DNA of 64,000 nucleotides from an uncultured Actinomycetes bacterium (GTDB lineage Bacteria; Actinomycetota; UBA4738; HRBIN12), in assembly GCA_963704885.1 (NCBI GenBank), contig CAVPIB010000001.1:928001-992000 (forward strand), given 5' to 3'. The translations under genes and the position numbers were made by a program. Below are positions 1 to 8,431 of the stretch, in pieces (position 1 is the stretch's first letter; each line of letters starts with the position of its first letter). The notes under the pieces were generated by a model. It saw only the letters and a list, made by a program, of their open reading frames with translations. It was not told where the DNA came from and did not search any database.

Positions 1-1784
1 ACGATCGCCTCACGCACGTCGGCGAACGCGGTCTCGATCGTGGCCGGCTCGGCAGGTACGTCGCGATCCTCGTCGAGCCGGCCCCAGATGCCGGACAGTC
101 GGTTCGCGAGCTTGGCGATCATCGCGCCGGCATCCTCGGCCCGCCGAACCGACTCCTCGTGGGCCGAACGCGCGCGCTCGACCGCGGTCCGCGCCTGGTC
201 CACCGCGAGCTCCGCGGCGGCGAGCTCCGCCTGCCGGGCTTCGAAGAGCGAGCGGACGTCTCCCTCCTCGCCCAGCCACTCGACCAGCTGGCTCTTGGTG
301 GCGTCGAGCGCGGAGTCGGCCGCCGTCGTGGCCGCGGTGGCGCGCTCGAGGACGGCCTCCGCCCTGGCGATGCCGGTGCTCGCCTCGCCGACGGCTGTTC
401 GCGCCGACGCGTCGTCGGCTGCGCACCGCTCCTTCTCGATTCGCGCGCGCGCCTCGTCCCGCTCGGCCTTGGCCAGGGCCTTCTCGGCGGCCGCGACCTT
501 CGGGGCGGCCCCGGCCTTTGGGATCGTGTGCACGTCCTGTCTGCAGACGGGACAGGGCTCACCGGCCTCGAGCGTCCCGCGGAGTTCGTGGGCCATCTCG
601 GCATGCTTCGCGTCCATGAGGGAAACGCGCGCGGTCTCGACGACCTGGAGCACGGCGGTAAGCGCGCGATCGGCGGCGGCGAGAGCGTCGGTCGCCTCCA
701 CCGCAGAGGTCTCTCGCTCCTCGGCCAGGGACCGCTGGGTCGCGAGCTCCACGTCGGCGCGATCGGCCTCGGCGCGCGCGGAACGCAGTTCGTCGATCTG
801 GCGTTCGTGCGCTTGCACCAGGTGTTCGAACGAGCGGAACTGCTCGCGGTCTCCATGCCGAGAGGCCACGTCCGCCAGCTCGGCCTCCCGTTCCTTGCGG
901 AGCTGCTCGACCTGTTCACGCGCGGCCTTCGCGTCCGCGACGCGCGCTTCAGCGTCACGCGCGGCAGCGATCGCGATCTCCACGTCGGGTGCGGAGGGCA
1001 GTGCCGCCACGATCTCCTCAAGAGCAGCGATCCGCGCTGTCGCGGCCTCGGCGTCGCCCGCCGCCGCGTCCCGCTCCTTCTCCAGGCGCTCGATCTCGGG
1101 TCCGGCCTTGTCCAGGGCCGCCAACCGAGCCTGCGAGGCCCCGGCTGTCGCCCTCGCCTGATCCAGCCTGCCCCGGGCCTCGGAGACACGCTCGCGTTCC
1201 TTCTCGAAAGAGGCCAGCTCCATCTCCACGCGGTCCAGCCGGGACTTCGCCACGCGCAGGGCGTCGTCGAGCCGTTCGAACCCGAACACGCCCTTCAGAA
1301 CAGCGTCGCGCTGGGCGGGCGTCGCCTTCAGGAACTCCGCGAAGCGATTCTGCGCCAACAGCACCGAACGGCAGAACGTCTTGAAGTCCATCCCCAGGAG
1401 CTGCTCGATACGCGCGTTCATATCGCGTTCGAGGGTCACGGTCTCCACGATGTCCGCGTCCGGCTCGTCGGCGGCCAGCAGCTCGAGCTGGTGACCCGAC
1501 GCACCCTTTCGGCGGAGCGAGCGGACCGCTCGCCACACCTGTCCGTTCACCTGGAACCGCAGCTCCACGTGCGACTGGTCCGCGAGCTGGTGGATCAGCG
1601 TCTTGGTGGCGCCCTCCACCTGTGGCGTCTTGCCGTACAGCGCGAACGAGATCGCGTCGAGGATCGAGGACTTGCCCGAGCCGATCGGGCCGACGATCCC
1701 CACCAGTCGCCGATCGCGCCAGTCGAACGTGGCACGGCCGCGGTAGGAACGGAAGCCCTCAACGGTCAGCTCAAGCGGTCGCAT
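1..1784 (-). CDS. sbcC: SbcC/Rad50-family SMC ATPase (runs off left edge)
   Basis: Not in ORF track (no stop in window). Manual translation from ATG 1784: MRPLELTVEGFRSYRGRATFDWRDRRLVGIVGPIGSGKSSILDAISFALYGKT (Walker A); long coiled coil; zinc-hook GEPCPVCRQ near 540-565; overlaps the sbcD stop. Confidence 0.93.
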   Translation of the reverse strand, partial: MRPLELTVEGFRSYRGRATFDWRDRRLVGIVGPIGSGKSSILDAISFALYGKTPQVEGATKTLIHQLADQSHVELRFQVNGQVWRAVRSLRRKGASGHQLELLAADEPDADIVETVTLERDMNARIEQLLGMDFKTFCRSVLLAQNRFAEFLKATPAQRDAVLKGVFGFERLDDALRVAKSRLDRVEMELASFEKERERVSEARGRLDQARATAGASQARLAALDKAGPEIERLEKERDAAAGDAEAATARIAALEEIVAALPSAPDVEIAIAAARDAEARVADAKAAREQVEQLRKEREAELADVASRHGDREQFRSFEHLVQAHERQIDELRSARAEADRADVELATQRSLAEERETSAVEATDALAAADRALTAVLQVVETARVSLMDAKHAEMAHELRGTLEAGEPCPVCRQDVHTIPKAGAAPKVAAAEKALAKAERDEARARIEKERCAADDASARTAVGEASTGIARAEAVLERATAATTAADSALDATKSQLVEWLGEEGDVRSLFEARQAELAAAELAVDQARTAVERARSAHEESVRRAEDAGAMIAKLANRLSGIWGRLDEDRDVPAEPATIETAFADVREAI

Positions 1785-2937
1785 CGGCCTCCTCCAGCAC
1801 GTCGCGAAAGAGTGCGAGCAGTTCGTCCGGCGCTTCTTCTTCGTGCTCGCGACGGAAGTACTCGGCGTAGAGGTCCTCCCACGAGCGGTGGCCCTTCGCC
1901 AGCCGAGCGCGCTGGGCGCCGGCGGGACGCTGGGCCCTCACGTTCACCAGGAACCCGAACGCCTGGTGAGCGCGCTCGGAGAGCGACACGTCGGTGCCGC
2001 TGGCCTTCACGGTCAGATCCAGGAACGCGTCGGCCAGCTCCTCGGCCCGCGCCTCGATCGCGTCCCACGTGTCGGTCACGCGGACGAGACGCCGGCCGCC
2101 GGTGATCGGAACCGTCTCGGCCACGGCCAGCCGGCCGGGCTCGGCATCTACGATCACGACCCGCTTGTGCTCGCCCGCCTCGCCGAAGTCGAGTGCCAGC
2201 AGCGAGCCGGCGTACTCGGCCGGGACGGGCGTGCCGGGGACCGTCTGCGGCGCGTGGATATGGCCCATCGCCACGTACTGCGGGCCGGGCGGTATCGCCT
2301 GCGCCGTGGCGGCGTAGGCATCGCCCATGTGGAGTTCCCGCTCGCCGCGCGCACCGTCGCGCCCCACGCGCACACCGTTAACCAGGAAGTGGGCCACCAG
2401 GATCGGGACCAGGTCGGCGCCGGCGAGTTCCACGAGCGCCTGGTTGTAACGGCCGGTGATCGCCGCCACCCGGTCCGCGTAGCCGCGGTACCACTCGCCG
2501 GCGTCCTTCATGAAGTCCACGACCTTCCCCTCCCGCAGGAACGGGAAACAGGCCACTACCGCGGGTAGGCCGCCGAGCTGGTCCGGGCCGATCACCCCCC
2601 CCTGATCCGGGCGCTTGATGCCGCCCACCAGGTGGACGCCCTGAGGACCGAGCAGCGGCGCGAGCGCCTCGAAGAGATCGGGGGAGTCGTGGTTGCCGGC
2701 CACCGCGATCACCGGTCGGCGCTCGGCGAGGCGCCGGAGCGTCTGCAGGCCGAGAGCAAGCGCGTCCATCTGCGGGATCGGCCGGTCCCAGACGTCGCCC
2801 GAGACGATCACGAGGTCGACGGCGCGTTCGTCGGCGATCCGTTCGACCTCCGCCAGGACGTCGCGGAACTCGTCCATGCGGTCGTGGCGGCCGAGCCGTT
2901 TGCCGATGTGCCAGTCCGATGTATGGAGGATCCGCAT
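1771..2937 (-). CDS. sbcD: SbcD/Mre11 metallophosphoesterase nuclease
   Basis: MRILHTSDWHIG, SGDVWD, AGNHD, AMGHIH, YAGSLLALDFGE motifs; adjacent to sbcC. Confidence 0.95.
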   Translation of the reverse strand: MRILHTSDWHIGKRLGRHDRMDEFRDVLAEVERIADERAVDLVIVSGDVWDRPIPQMDALALGLQTLRRLAERRPVIAVAGNHDSPDLFEALAPLLGPQGVHLVGGIKRPDQGGVIGPDQLGGLPAVVACFPFLREGKVVDFMKDAGEWYRGYADRVAAITGRYNQALVELAGADLVPILVAHFLVNGVRVGRDGARGERELHMGDAYAATAQAIPPGPQYVAMGHIHAPQTVPGTPVPAEYAGSLLALDFGEAGEHKRVVIVDAEPGRLAVAETVPITGGRRLVRVTDTWDAIEARAEELADAFLDLTVKASGTDVSLSERAHQAFGFLVNVRAQRPAGAQRARLAKGHRSWEDLYAEYFRREHEEEAPDELLALFRDVLEEADATA

Positions 2938-2960
2938 GTTCCGGGAGGAGGCGTGCCGGG

Positions 2961-4697
2961 CTAGAGGCCCGCGAACGGGTCGCCGTCGGCGTCGGTCGCC
3001 ACTTCCTCCTTCCTTGTGGCCCAGGGCGGGAAGGGGAACGTCACGACGAGCGGCACCGGGATGGCCGGCTGCGACACGACCATGGTGCCGGGCTTGAGCA
3101 GGCGCGCCCTCGCGCGTGTAGACGGCAGCATCCAGCCGTATTCAGCGCGCTCGGCCTCGGCGGCGTCCAGGCGTCCGCTCACGCGGATCGCGGCATTCTC
3201 CAGGACCTCTTGCGCGACCCGCGAGGCCGTCTGCTGCGCGCCGACGAGCAGCACGCCCAGCGACCGTCCGCGTTGCGCGATGTCGACGAGCATGTCCTTC
3301 AAGGGCCCGGTGCCTTCGCGGGGCGCGTACTTGTTGAGCTCATCGAGCACGAGCACCGAAAGGGGCAGCCGCTGTCCCGACTCCTCCTTCTCGCGGAACG
3401 TCTCGTTCAGGAGCGCGCCGACCACGAACCGCTGCGCCTGGTCGTGCAGCGACTGGATCGCCACGACCGTGACGCTCGCCTTCGAACGATCGATGCGGCG
3501 GCTCTCCCCGGCCTTCACCAGCTGGCCCATGCGCGCGGCGCCGGCGTGGAGTCGCCGCATGAACGCCGAGACGGTTCCGCCCATCACCCGGCCGCTCCAT
3601 GCCCAGTCCGGCTCGGAGCCGTCAAGCGGCTCCAGGAACTCGCCGAGCGCGTCGACCAGCGAGGGGATGTCCGTCACCGTTCGCTCACCAGGTTGCGCCT
3701 TGACCTGCTGGCCGCGCCAGTTGCCGTCAGGCGCGTCGCGCGGATCGCGGAGCACGACCGCGCCCGGCATCCCTGCCACATCGACCGCGAAGCGTTTCAG
3801 CTGGGCCTGCACGCGTTCGCGGATGAACGGGATCTGGTTGCGCTGGTCGTTCGCATCGGTCAGTAGGAACTGCAGCAGCTCCTCGTCCACGAACTCGCGC
3901 GGCGTCCAGCTGAAGACGTCCACGCCCTCTTGGCGACCGCCCGTGTCGGGGACCACGACGTCGCCCGAGCGCGGGCGGGGCGGCGCCCAGAACCTGACCG
4001 AGGGGAACGGCCCGGGCTCCACGCCGAGCTTGGCCCAGCCGGCCGCGGCGTCCTCGTCGAAGAACCGGTTCGGCTTGTCCATCCAAAGGAGGTCTTCGCC
4101 CTTCACGTTGAAGACGAGCACGCGCAGGTTCGCGGCGCCCTCGCCCAGCAAGGCCGGGTTCCCGGTGAGCATCCTCAGGAAGAACAACGCGAACGACGTC
4201 TTGGTCGCCACGCCGCTGATCCCGCTGATCGACATGTGCCCGCCCTTACGCCCATCGAAGAAGTCCAGGTCCACGCTCACCGGCTCGCCGTCACGCCCGA
4301 TGCCGATCGGCAGCGGCCGGCCCATCTCGTCCAGGTAGAGCGCCTTCGCGCGCTCGTCGCCGGTCGCGCGCTGCACGACCTCGCCTGGATCGGGCGAGAC
4401 CCACACCTCCGGGTCCACACGTGTGACTGCGACGCGCGCGGAGCGGACCTTGGCCGCCGGCATGATCCCGAGCTCGGCGACGCGGTGGGTGTCGGACTCG
4501 TACGAGGCTCCTTCGTAGACCGCCTCGGCCTCGGTGACCACGCCGTAGGTCCGGATCTCGCCCGCCTTGGGCACCTGCGTTCGGACGACCACCAGATCGT
4601 CCAGCTGGAGGAAGTCGTCGTCGTCCAGGACCACGCGGAACTCGGCCGTGGAGGCGTGCTCGGAGCCCAGGACGCGGCCGACGCCGTCGCCGGTCAC
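2961..4697 (-). CDS. herA: HerA-family ATPase/DNA translocase (HAS barrel + FtsK/HerA ATPase)
   Basis: N-terminal beta-rich HAS-like region, variant Walker A GISGVATKTS, Walker B LVLDELNKYAP, RGRSLGVLLVGAQQ arginine-finger region; context with nurA/sbcD/sbcC. Confidence 0.88.
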   Translation of the reverse strand: MTGDGVGRVLGSEHASTAEFRVVLDDDDFLQLDDLVVVRTQVPKAGEIRTYGVVTEAEAVYEGASYESDTHRVAELGIMPAAKVRSARVAVTRVDPEVWVSPDPGEVVQRATGDERAKALYLDEMGRPLPIGIGRDGEPVSVDLDFFDGRKGGHMSISGISGVATKTSFALFFLRMLTGNPALLGEGAANLRVLVFNVKGEDLLWMDKPNRFFDEDAAAGWAKLGVEPGPFPSVRFWAPPRPRSGDVVVPDTGGRQEGVDVFSWTPREFVDEELLQFLLTDANDQRNQIPFIRERVQAQLKRFAVDVAGMPGAVVLRDPRDAPDGNWRGQQVKAQPGERTVTDIPSLVDALGEFLEPLDGSEPDWAWSGRVMGGTVSAFMRRLHAGAARMGQLVKAGESRRIDRSKASVTVVAIQSLHDQAQRFVVGALLNETFREKEESGQRLPLSVLVLDELNKYAPREGTGPLKDMLVDIAQRGRSLGVLLVGAQQTASRVAQEVLENAAIRVSGRLDAAEAERAEYGWMLPSTRARARLLKPGTMVVSQPAIPVPLVVTFPFPPWATRKEEVATDADGDPFAGL

Positions 4698-4723
4698 GAG
4701 GTCTCTGCGGCCGACGCTGTCAT
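4694..4723 (-). other. Putative leaderless 9-aa uORF (MTASAAETS) whose TGA overlaps the herA GTG
   Basis: -10-like TACGAT (4736-4731) lies 7 nt before ATG 4723; stop overlaps the herA start as GTGA. Confidence 0.4.
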
Positions 4724-4830
4724 GACGCGTATCGTAGCCGCGCCTTCCGATGGCGGGGGAGTTTCGAGCCGGCGGGAGCTTGGTCGCCTCAGCCGCCGAG
4801 GCTCGCGCATCTTCGCTCGTCAGACAACCA

Positions 4831-4897
4831 TGGGTCGGATGGCCCCACTTGATAGGGCCGGCGAACCCTCACGGACGCCTTCGGGTATCCCTACGTT
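4831..4897 (+). promoter_or_regulatory. Paired DosR-like boxes and -10 upstream of the DUF1918 gene
   Basis: TGGGTCGGATGGCCCC (4831-4846) and AGGGCCGGCGAACCCT (4854-4869), 23 bp apart; -10 TACGTT 4892-4897. Confidence 0.6.
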
Positions 4898-4919
4898 GGG
4901 TTCCGGGAGGTGTCTAGAG

Positions 4920-5123
4920 ATGAAAGCAAGCGTTGGAGATCGGATAGTCGTTCGCGGGCACCACGTTGGCGAATCCGAGCGGGACGGCGAGATCCTGGAG
5001 GTGCGCGGCCCTGATGGCGGCCCTCCCTACCTCGTCAAGTGGTCGGCGGACGGACATGTCGGGTTCGTGTTCCCAGGTCCAGACGTGACGATCGAGCACT
5101 TCGAGAGCCACCTGTCCCGGTGA
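4920..5123 (+). CDS. DUF1918 domain protein (Rv0569-like)
   Basis: MKASVGDRIVVRGHHVGESERDGEILEVRGPDGGPPYLVKWSADGH...FPGPD; SD GGGAGG upstream. It is only the tail of the long shadow ORF 3930-5123. Confidence 0.92.
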   Translation: MKASVGDRIVVRGHHVGESERDGEILEVRGPDGGPPYLVKWSADGHVGFVFPGPDVTIEHFESHLSR

Positions 5124-5140
5124 TCGCGGTTACGCCGTGG

Positions 5141-6070
5141 CTATGAGGCTTCCGGCTGGCTGACGGCTTGCCGCAGGGCCCGGTAGACGAGGCCGGGGTC
5201 GCCCATGCGATGTCGGAGTTGGCGTTCGAGTGCACCGATGGGCACCAGGTTCTGCGGCGCGCGGGGATCCATGTGGGCCTCCGAGGCGACGACGGGCAGC
5301 ACCGCGGCCGTCCGGTCGGCGATCACGCGCACCTCCTCCTTGGGGAGCTGGCCCGACGCCTCGCAGCGGACGATGCCGGTCCATGAATGGCCGCCTTGGA
5401 GCATGGCCAGACGCACGTACCAGGAGTAGCGCCGGTATCCCGCGATCGTGAACAGCGGCGTGCGCTGCCCGGGAGCGAGTTCGGCGATCACGGCGTTCTG
5501 CTCGGGTGGCAGGTAGGTGACGCGATGGCTCTTGATGTAGCCGACGACCGGCTTGGCCTCCAGCTCGTTCAGCGGCCCGTCGGCGATCACGAACGCATCG
5601 GCCGCGAGCACTGAGGCCGCCTCGCCTTCGGCCCGCCTCATCCGGGTGTGGAGCTCCTTCACCAGGTGGCCGGGGTCATCCGATGCCGTCGTGGTCGTCA
5701 GGTAAGGCGGCTCTAGGTCGACCACAGGCAGCTGCTCGGGTCGACCGCCCGCCAGAACGGCCCACCGCTCGACACGAACGTTCACGACTTCGGACCAGCG
5801 CTCCTCGCGGTCCCAGAGCGCCGCGCCCACGGCGAACGTTCCGCAGATCCCCGGGATCGGGCCGGCGATCGGATCGTCCAGGAGCAGGCGCGCATCGACG
5901 CGCCTCACACCATCAACGAACGCGATCCGGTTCGTGCCGTCGTCGGCGCCCTCGAGCGGCTCCCAATCCGTTACCTCGACCGTCGCGTCGATCGTCCCCT
6001 CGGCCGGGGCGAGCTGCTCGTCGAGCTCGAGGGGCGCGCCGTACTCGGGAGCCCATCCCTCGACGAACAT
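5141..6070 (-). CDS. nurA: NurA-family nuclease
   Basis: RIAFVDGVRR and VIADGPL acidic motifs, VGYIKSH, RYSWYVRL, DPRAPQNLVPIGALE C-terminus; upstream of herA. Confidence 0.8.
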   Translation of the reverse strand: MFVEGWAPEYGAPLELDEQLAPAEGTIDATVEVTDWEPLEGADDGTNRIAFVDGVRRVDARLLLDDPIAGPIPGICGTFAVGAALWDREERWSEVVNVRVERWAVLAGGRPEQLPVVDLEPPYLTTTTASDDPGHLVKELHTRMRRAEGEAASVLAADAFVIADGPLNELEAKPVVGYIKSHRVTYLPPEQNAVIAELAPGQRTPLFTIAGYRRYSWYVRLAMLQGGHSWTGIVRCEASGQLPKEEVRVIADRTAAVLPVVASEAHMDPRAPQNLVPIGALERQLRHRMGDPGLVYRALRQAVSQPEAS

Positions 6071-6077
6071 CCGCGCC

Positions 6078-6671
6078 TCACCAGCCGAGGACGTCTTCGT
6101 CTCCCTCGAGCTGCACGCCTAGACCGTCGGCGAGTCGGTTCACGTAGGCGAAGTAGCAGGTGATCATGTTCGCATCCAGGATCTCGCGGTCCGTCAGACC
6201 CGCCCCTCGCATCGGAGCCAGGTCGGACTCGACCATGTTCCACGGCTCACGCGTGAGCTTGTCCGCGTAGTCGCAGATCGCCCGCTCGCGCGGTGTCAGC
6301 GGTGCCGTCCGATGATCTGCCTCGAGCGCCGCCGCGAATCCCGGCCGGCGCCGATCCGTCATGCGGGCCAGACCGGCCGCGTGATGGCGTAGTCAGTAGT
6401 GGCACGCGTTCACCGCAGAGACGACGACGCCGATCATCTCCCGTTCGGGCCGGCTGAGATCGCCCTTGCCGTGCATCAGCGTCCGATAGAGGCGGGAGTG
6501 ATCGCGCATCGTCTCCGGATGGAGACTGTGGATGGCCAGGATGTGATCCACGGTGCCGGTCTTGGCCGTTCGCATCTCGTCGTACAGCTCGGCGAGCTCC
6601 CCTTCGGCTTCCGCCTCGGGGATCACTTCGATCCAGGCCGGCCGATGCTCGGGCGAGGGGTCCTCGTTCAT
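6078..6671 (-). CDS. AhpD/CMD-family peroxidase-related enzyme, probable selenoprotein (CHYU; in-frame TGA 6393-6395)
   Basis: ORFs 6393-6788 and 6078-6362 are in one frame; readthrough gives LSRPEREMIGVVVSAVNACHY-U-LRHHAAGLARM...FAYVNRLADGLGV, the full family fold with U at the second Cys of CxxC; SECIS-like hairpin follows. Confidence 0.85.
6359..6384 (-). promoter_or_regulatory. Bacterial SECIS-like hairpin
   Basis: mRNA UGA CUA CGC CAU CAC GCG GCC GGU CUG GCC CGC AUG A: stem GCGGCC/GGCC(C)GC extended by UCA/UGA, loop GGUCU at codons +7/+8. Confidence 0.75.
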
Positions 6672-6697
6672 CGGGCGCCATCCTCGCACACCCTTCT

Positions 6698-7439
6698 TCA
6701 GACGGGCTCTTCGATCGACGAGACCACCTTCCAACCCGACGACCCTTCGAAGACGAGGACTGAGATCCTGGTTGCGCTCGGACAGCAATGGGCATCCCCT
6801 TCCGCGAATACGGCTTCACGGATCTCCAGACCGATCGGGTCGGTGGACAGGTCGATCGTCGTGTCGCAGGTCTTCTTCTTGAAGACGGTCGCGTTCGCCG
6901 CAAGATCGATCACGCGCCACCTGCCGCACGCCCCGGAACCTCCCGGTGTCCTCGAACGTCAGTGCATCAGGCGATCCATCCCCGGTCGCGTCGCCGATGA
7001 TCGCACGGATCTGGATGACCCCGCGCTGCGGCGGGTCGCGCAGTCCGAACAGGGGACGCCACGGCGATGACTCTCCGGGGAAGCGTCGCCATACGACGAG
7101 GCCGTGCTCCCGTCGGAACGGGTCGGTGCCAGGGTCCACCCAGGCGACCAAGATCGACGACCCTGCCGACGTCTCCGCGAACCAGACGTCCGTCACCGAC
7201 GTACCCCGTGGCACCAACGCCTCGGGCGGGACCTCGGAGGCCTCGACGTCTCGGTCGTAGGACGAGGGCGTGCCCGCCGTCACGCCGACCGGTTCAACCG
7301 CCGGGCTCGGCGACGAAGAGGAGGTTGGTGTCAACGGTGTCGGCGTCGGGGAGACGAGCACCGATGGGGACGGCTCGGCCTCCCCGCTGCACGCGGCGGC
7401 CAGCACGACGAGCGCGGTCGCCCATATCACCCTCCGCAT
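6698..7439 (-). pseudogene. Lipoprotein interrupted by a +1 frameshift (or sequencing error) near 6942-6944
   Basis: Lipobox LAAAC; removing one G from ACCGGGAGG joins ...LTFEDT-GGSGACGRWRVIDLAAN...DAHCCPS...; span 742 nt = 3n+1. Confidence 0.7.
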
Positions 7440-7476
7440 CGCCGCAGCCTAACGACGCCGACGTAGGATGCCCGCG

Positions 7477-7992
7477 ATGACCGCGCCCGCCCTCACACCG
7501 AAACCCGCGTCCCAGTCCCGGGTGACGCTCACACAGATGATGGAGGTCACCGACGCCAACGTGGCCGGCAACGTCCATGGTGGCGTGATCATGAGGCTCG
7601 TCGACACGGCAGCGGCCCTGGCCGCGATCCGTCACGCCGGCGGGTTGGCGGTTACGGTGTCCCTCGACGAGATGTCATTCCGGGAGCCCGTCCACATCGG
7701 TGACGTCGTGACGCTGCACGCCTCAGTGAACGACGTTGGAACGACCTCTATGGAGTGCGGTGTCCGCGTGGAGGCCGAGAACCCCATCAGCGGCCGTCGC
7801 GTGCATGCGGCGAGCGCGTTCCTGGTCTTCGTGGCGATCGACGGGGAAGGCCATCCGCGGCCCGTTCCGCCCCTGCTGGCCGAGAGCGAGACCGAGAAGC
7901 GTCGCCAGCGCGAGGCGAAGCTCCGCCGCCAGACACGCATGGCCCACAAGGAAACACTGAAAGCCGCGCGCGCCGCCGAACGCTCTGAGTGA
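7477..7992 (+). CDS. Acyl-CoA thioesterase (hotdog fold)
   Basis: DANVAGNVHGGVIMRLVD, FREPVHIGD, VGTTSMECGVRV; start chosen 7 nt after -10 TAGGAT. Confidence 0.92.
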   Translation: MTAPALTPKPASQSRVTLTQMMEVTDANVAGNVHGGVIMRLVDTAAALAAIRHAGGLAVTVSLDEMSFREPVHIGDVVTLHASVNDVGTTSMECGVRVEAENPISGRRVHAASAFLVFVAIDGEGHPRPVPPLLAESETEKRRQREAKLRRQTRMAHKETLKAARAAERSE

Positions 7993-8058
7993 CCCGCGGC
8001 GACCGGGACCGAAGACCCATGCGGGAGTGCTCTCCCACTGCCAGCGTGACTCTGGGAG

Positions 8059-8352
8059 GTGACGACGGTGGATGAGATCACGACCGATGGCGAGGAGCTC
8101 CGTCGCCTGGCGATCGAGCGGATCCGCAAGCGCTCGGAGTTCAAGGTGCATCTGCTCGCATACTTCTTGGTGAACTCGTTCCTTGTGGCGATCTGGGCCT
8201 TGAACGACGCGAGCTTCTTCTGGCCGATCTTCCCGATCCTCGGCTGGGGGATCGGTGTGGTGTTCAACGCCTGGGACGTGTACAAGCGGCCGTTCCCGAC
8301 CGAAGGTCAGATCCAGCACGAGATCGACGCGCTCCGCGAGCCACACCGCTGA
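8059..8352 (+). CDS. 2TM domain membrane protein
   Basis: FKVHLLAYFLVNSFLVAIW...FFWPIFPILGWGIGVVFNAW; alternative GTG at 8068 fits SD GGGAGG. Confidence 0.85.
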   Translation: MTTVDEITTDGEELRRLAIERIRKRSEFKVHLLAYFLVNSFLVAIWALNDASFFWPIFPILGWGIGVVFNAWDVYKRPFPTEGQIQHEIDALREPHR

Positions 8353-8431
8353 GAACGGGTTCCCGCCCGTAGCTGGGCGCGTTGGCACGCGTGGGAGGAT
8401 GGAGGTCCGAACCTGAAAGGGATCGATCTCC

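Noticed and set aside
40-2105. Long plus-strand ORFs (40-1161, 159-2105)
   Set aside because: Antisense shadows of sbcC/sbcD, typical of high-GC DNA; no motifs.
3930-4919. 397-aa ORF 3930-5123 as one protein
   Set aside because: Only the last 67 aa (DUF1918, own SD) are credible; the rest is antisense to herA.
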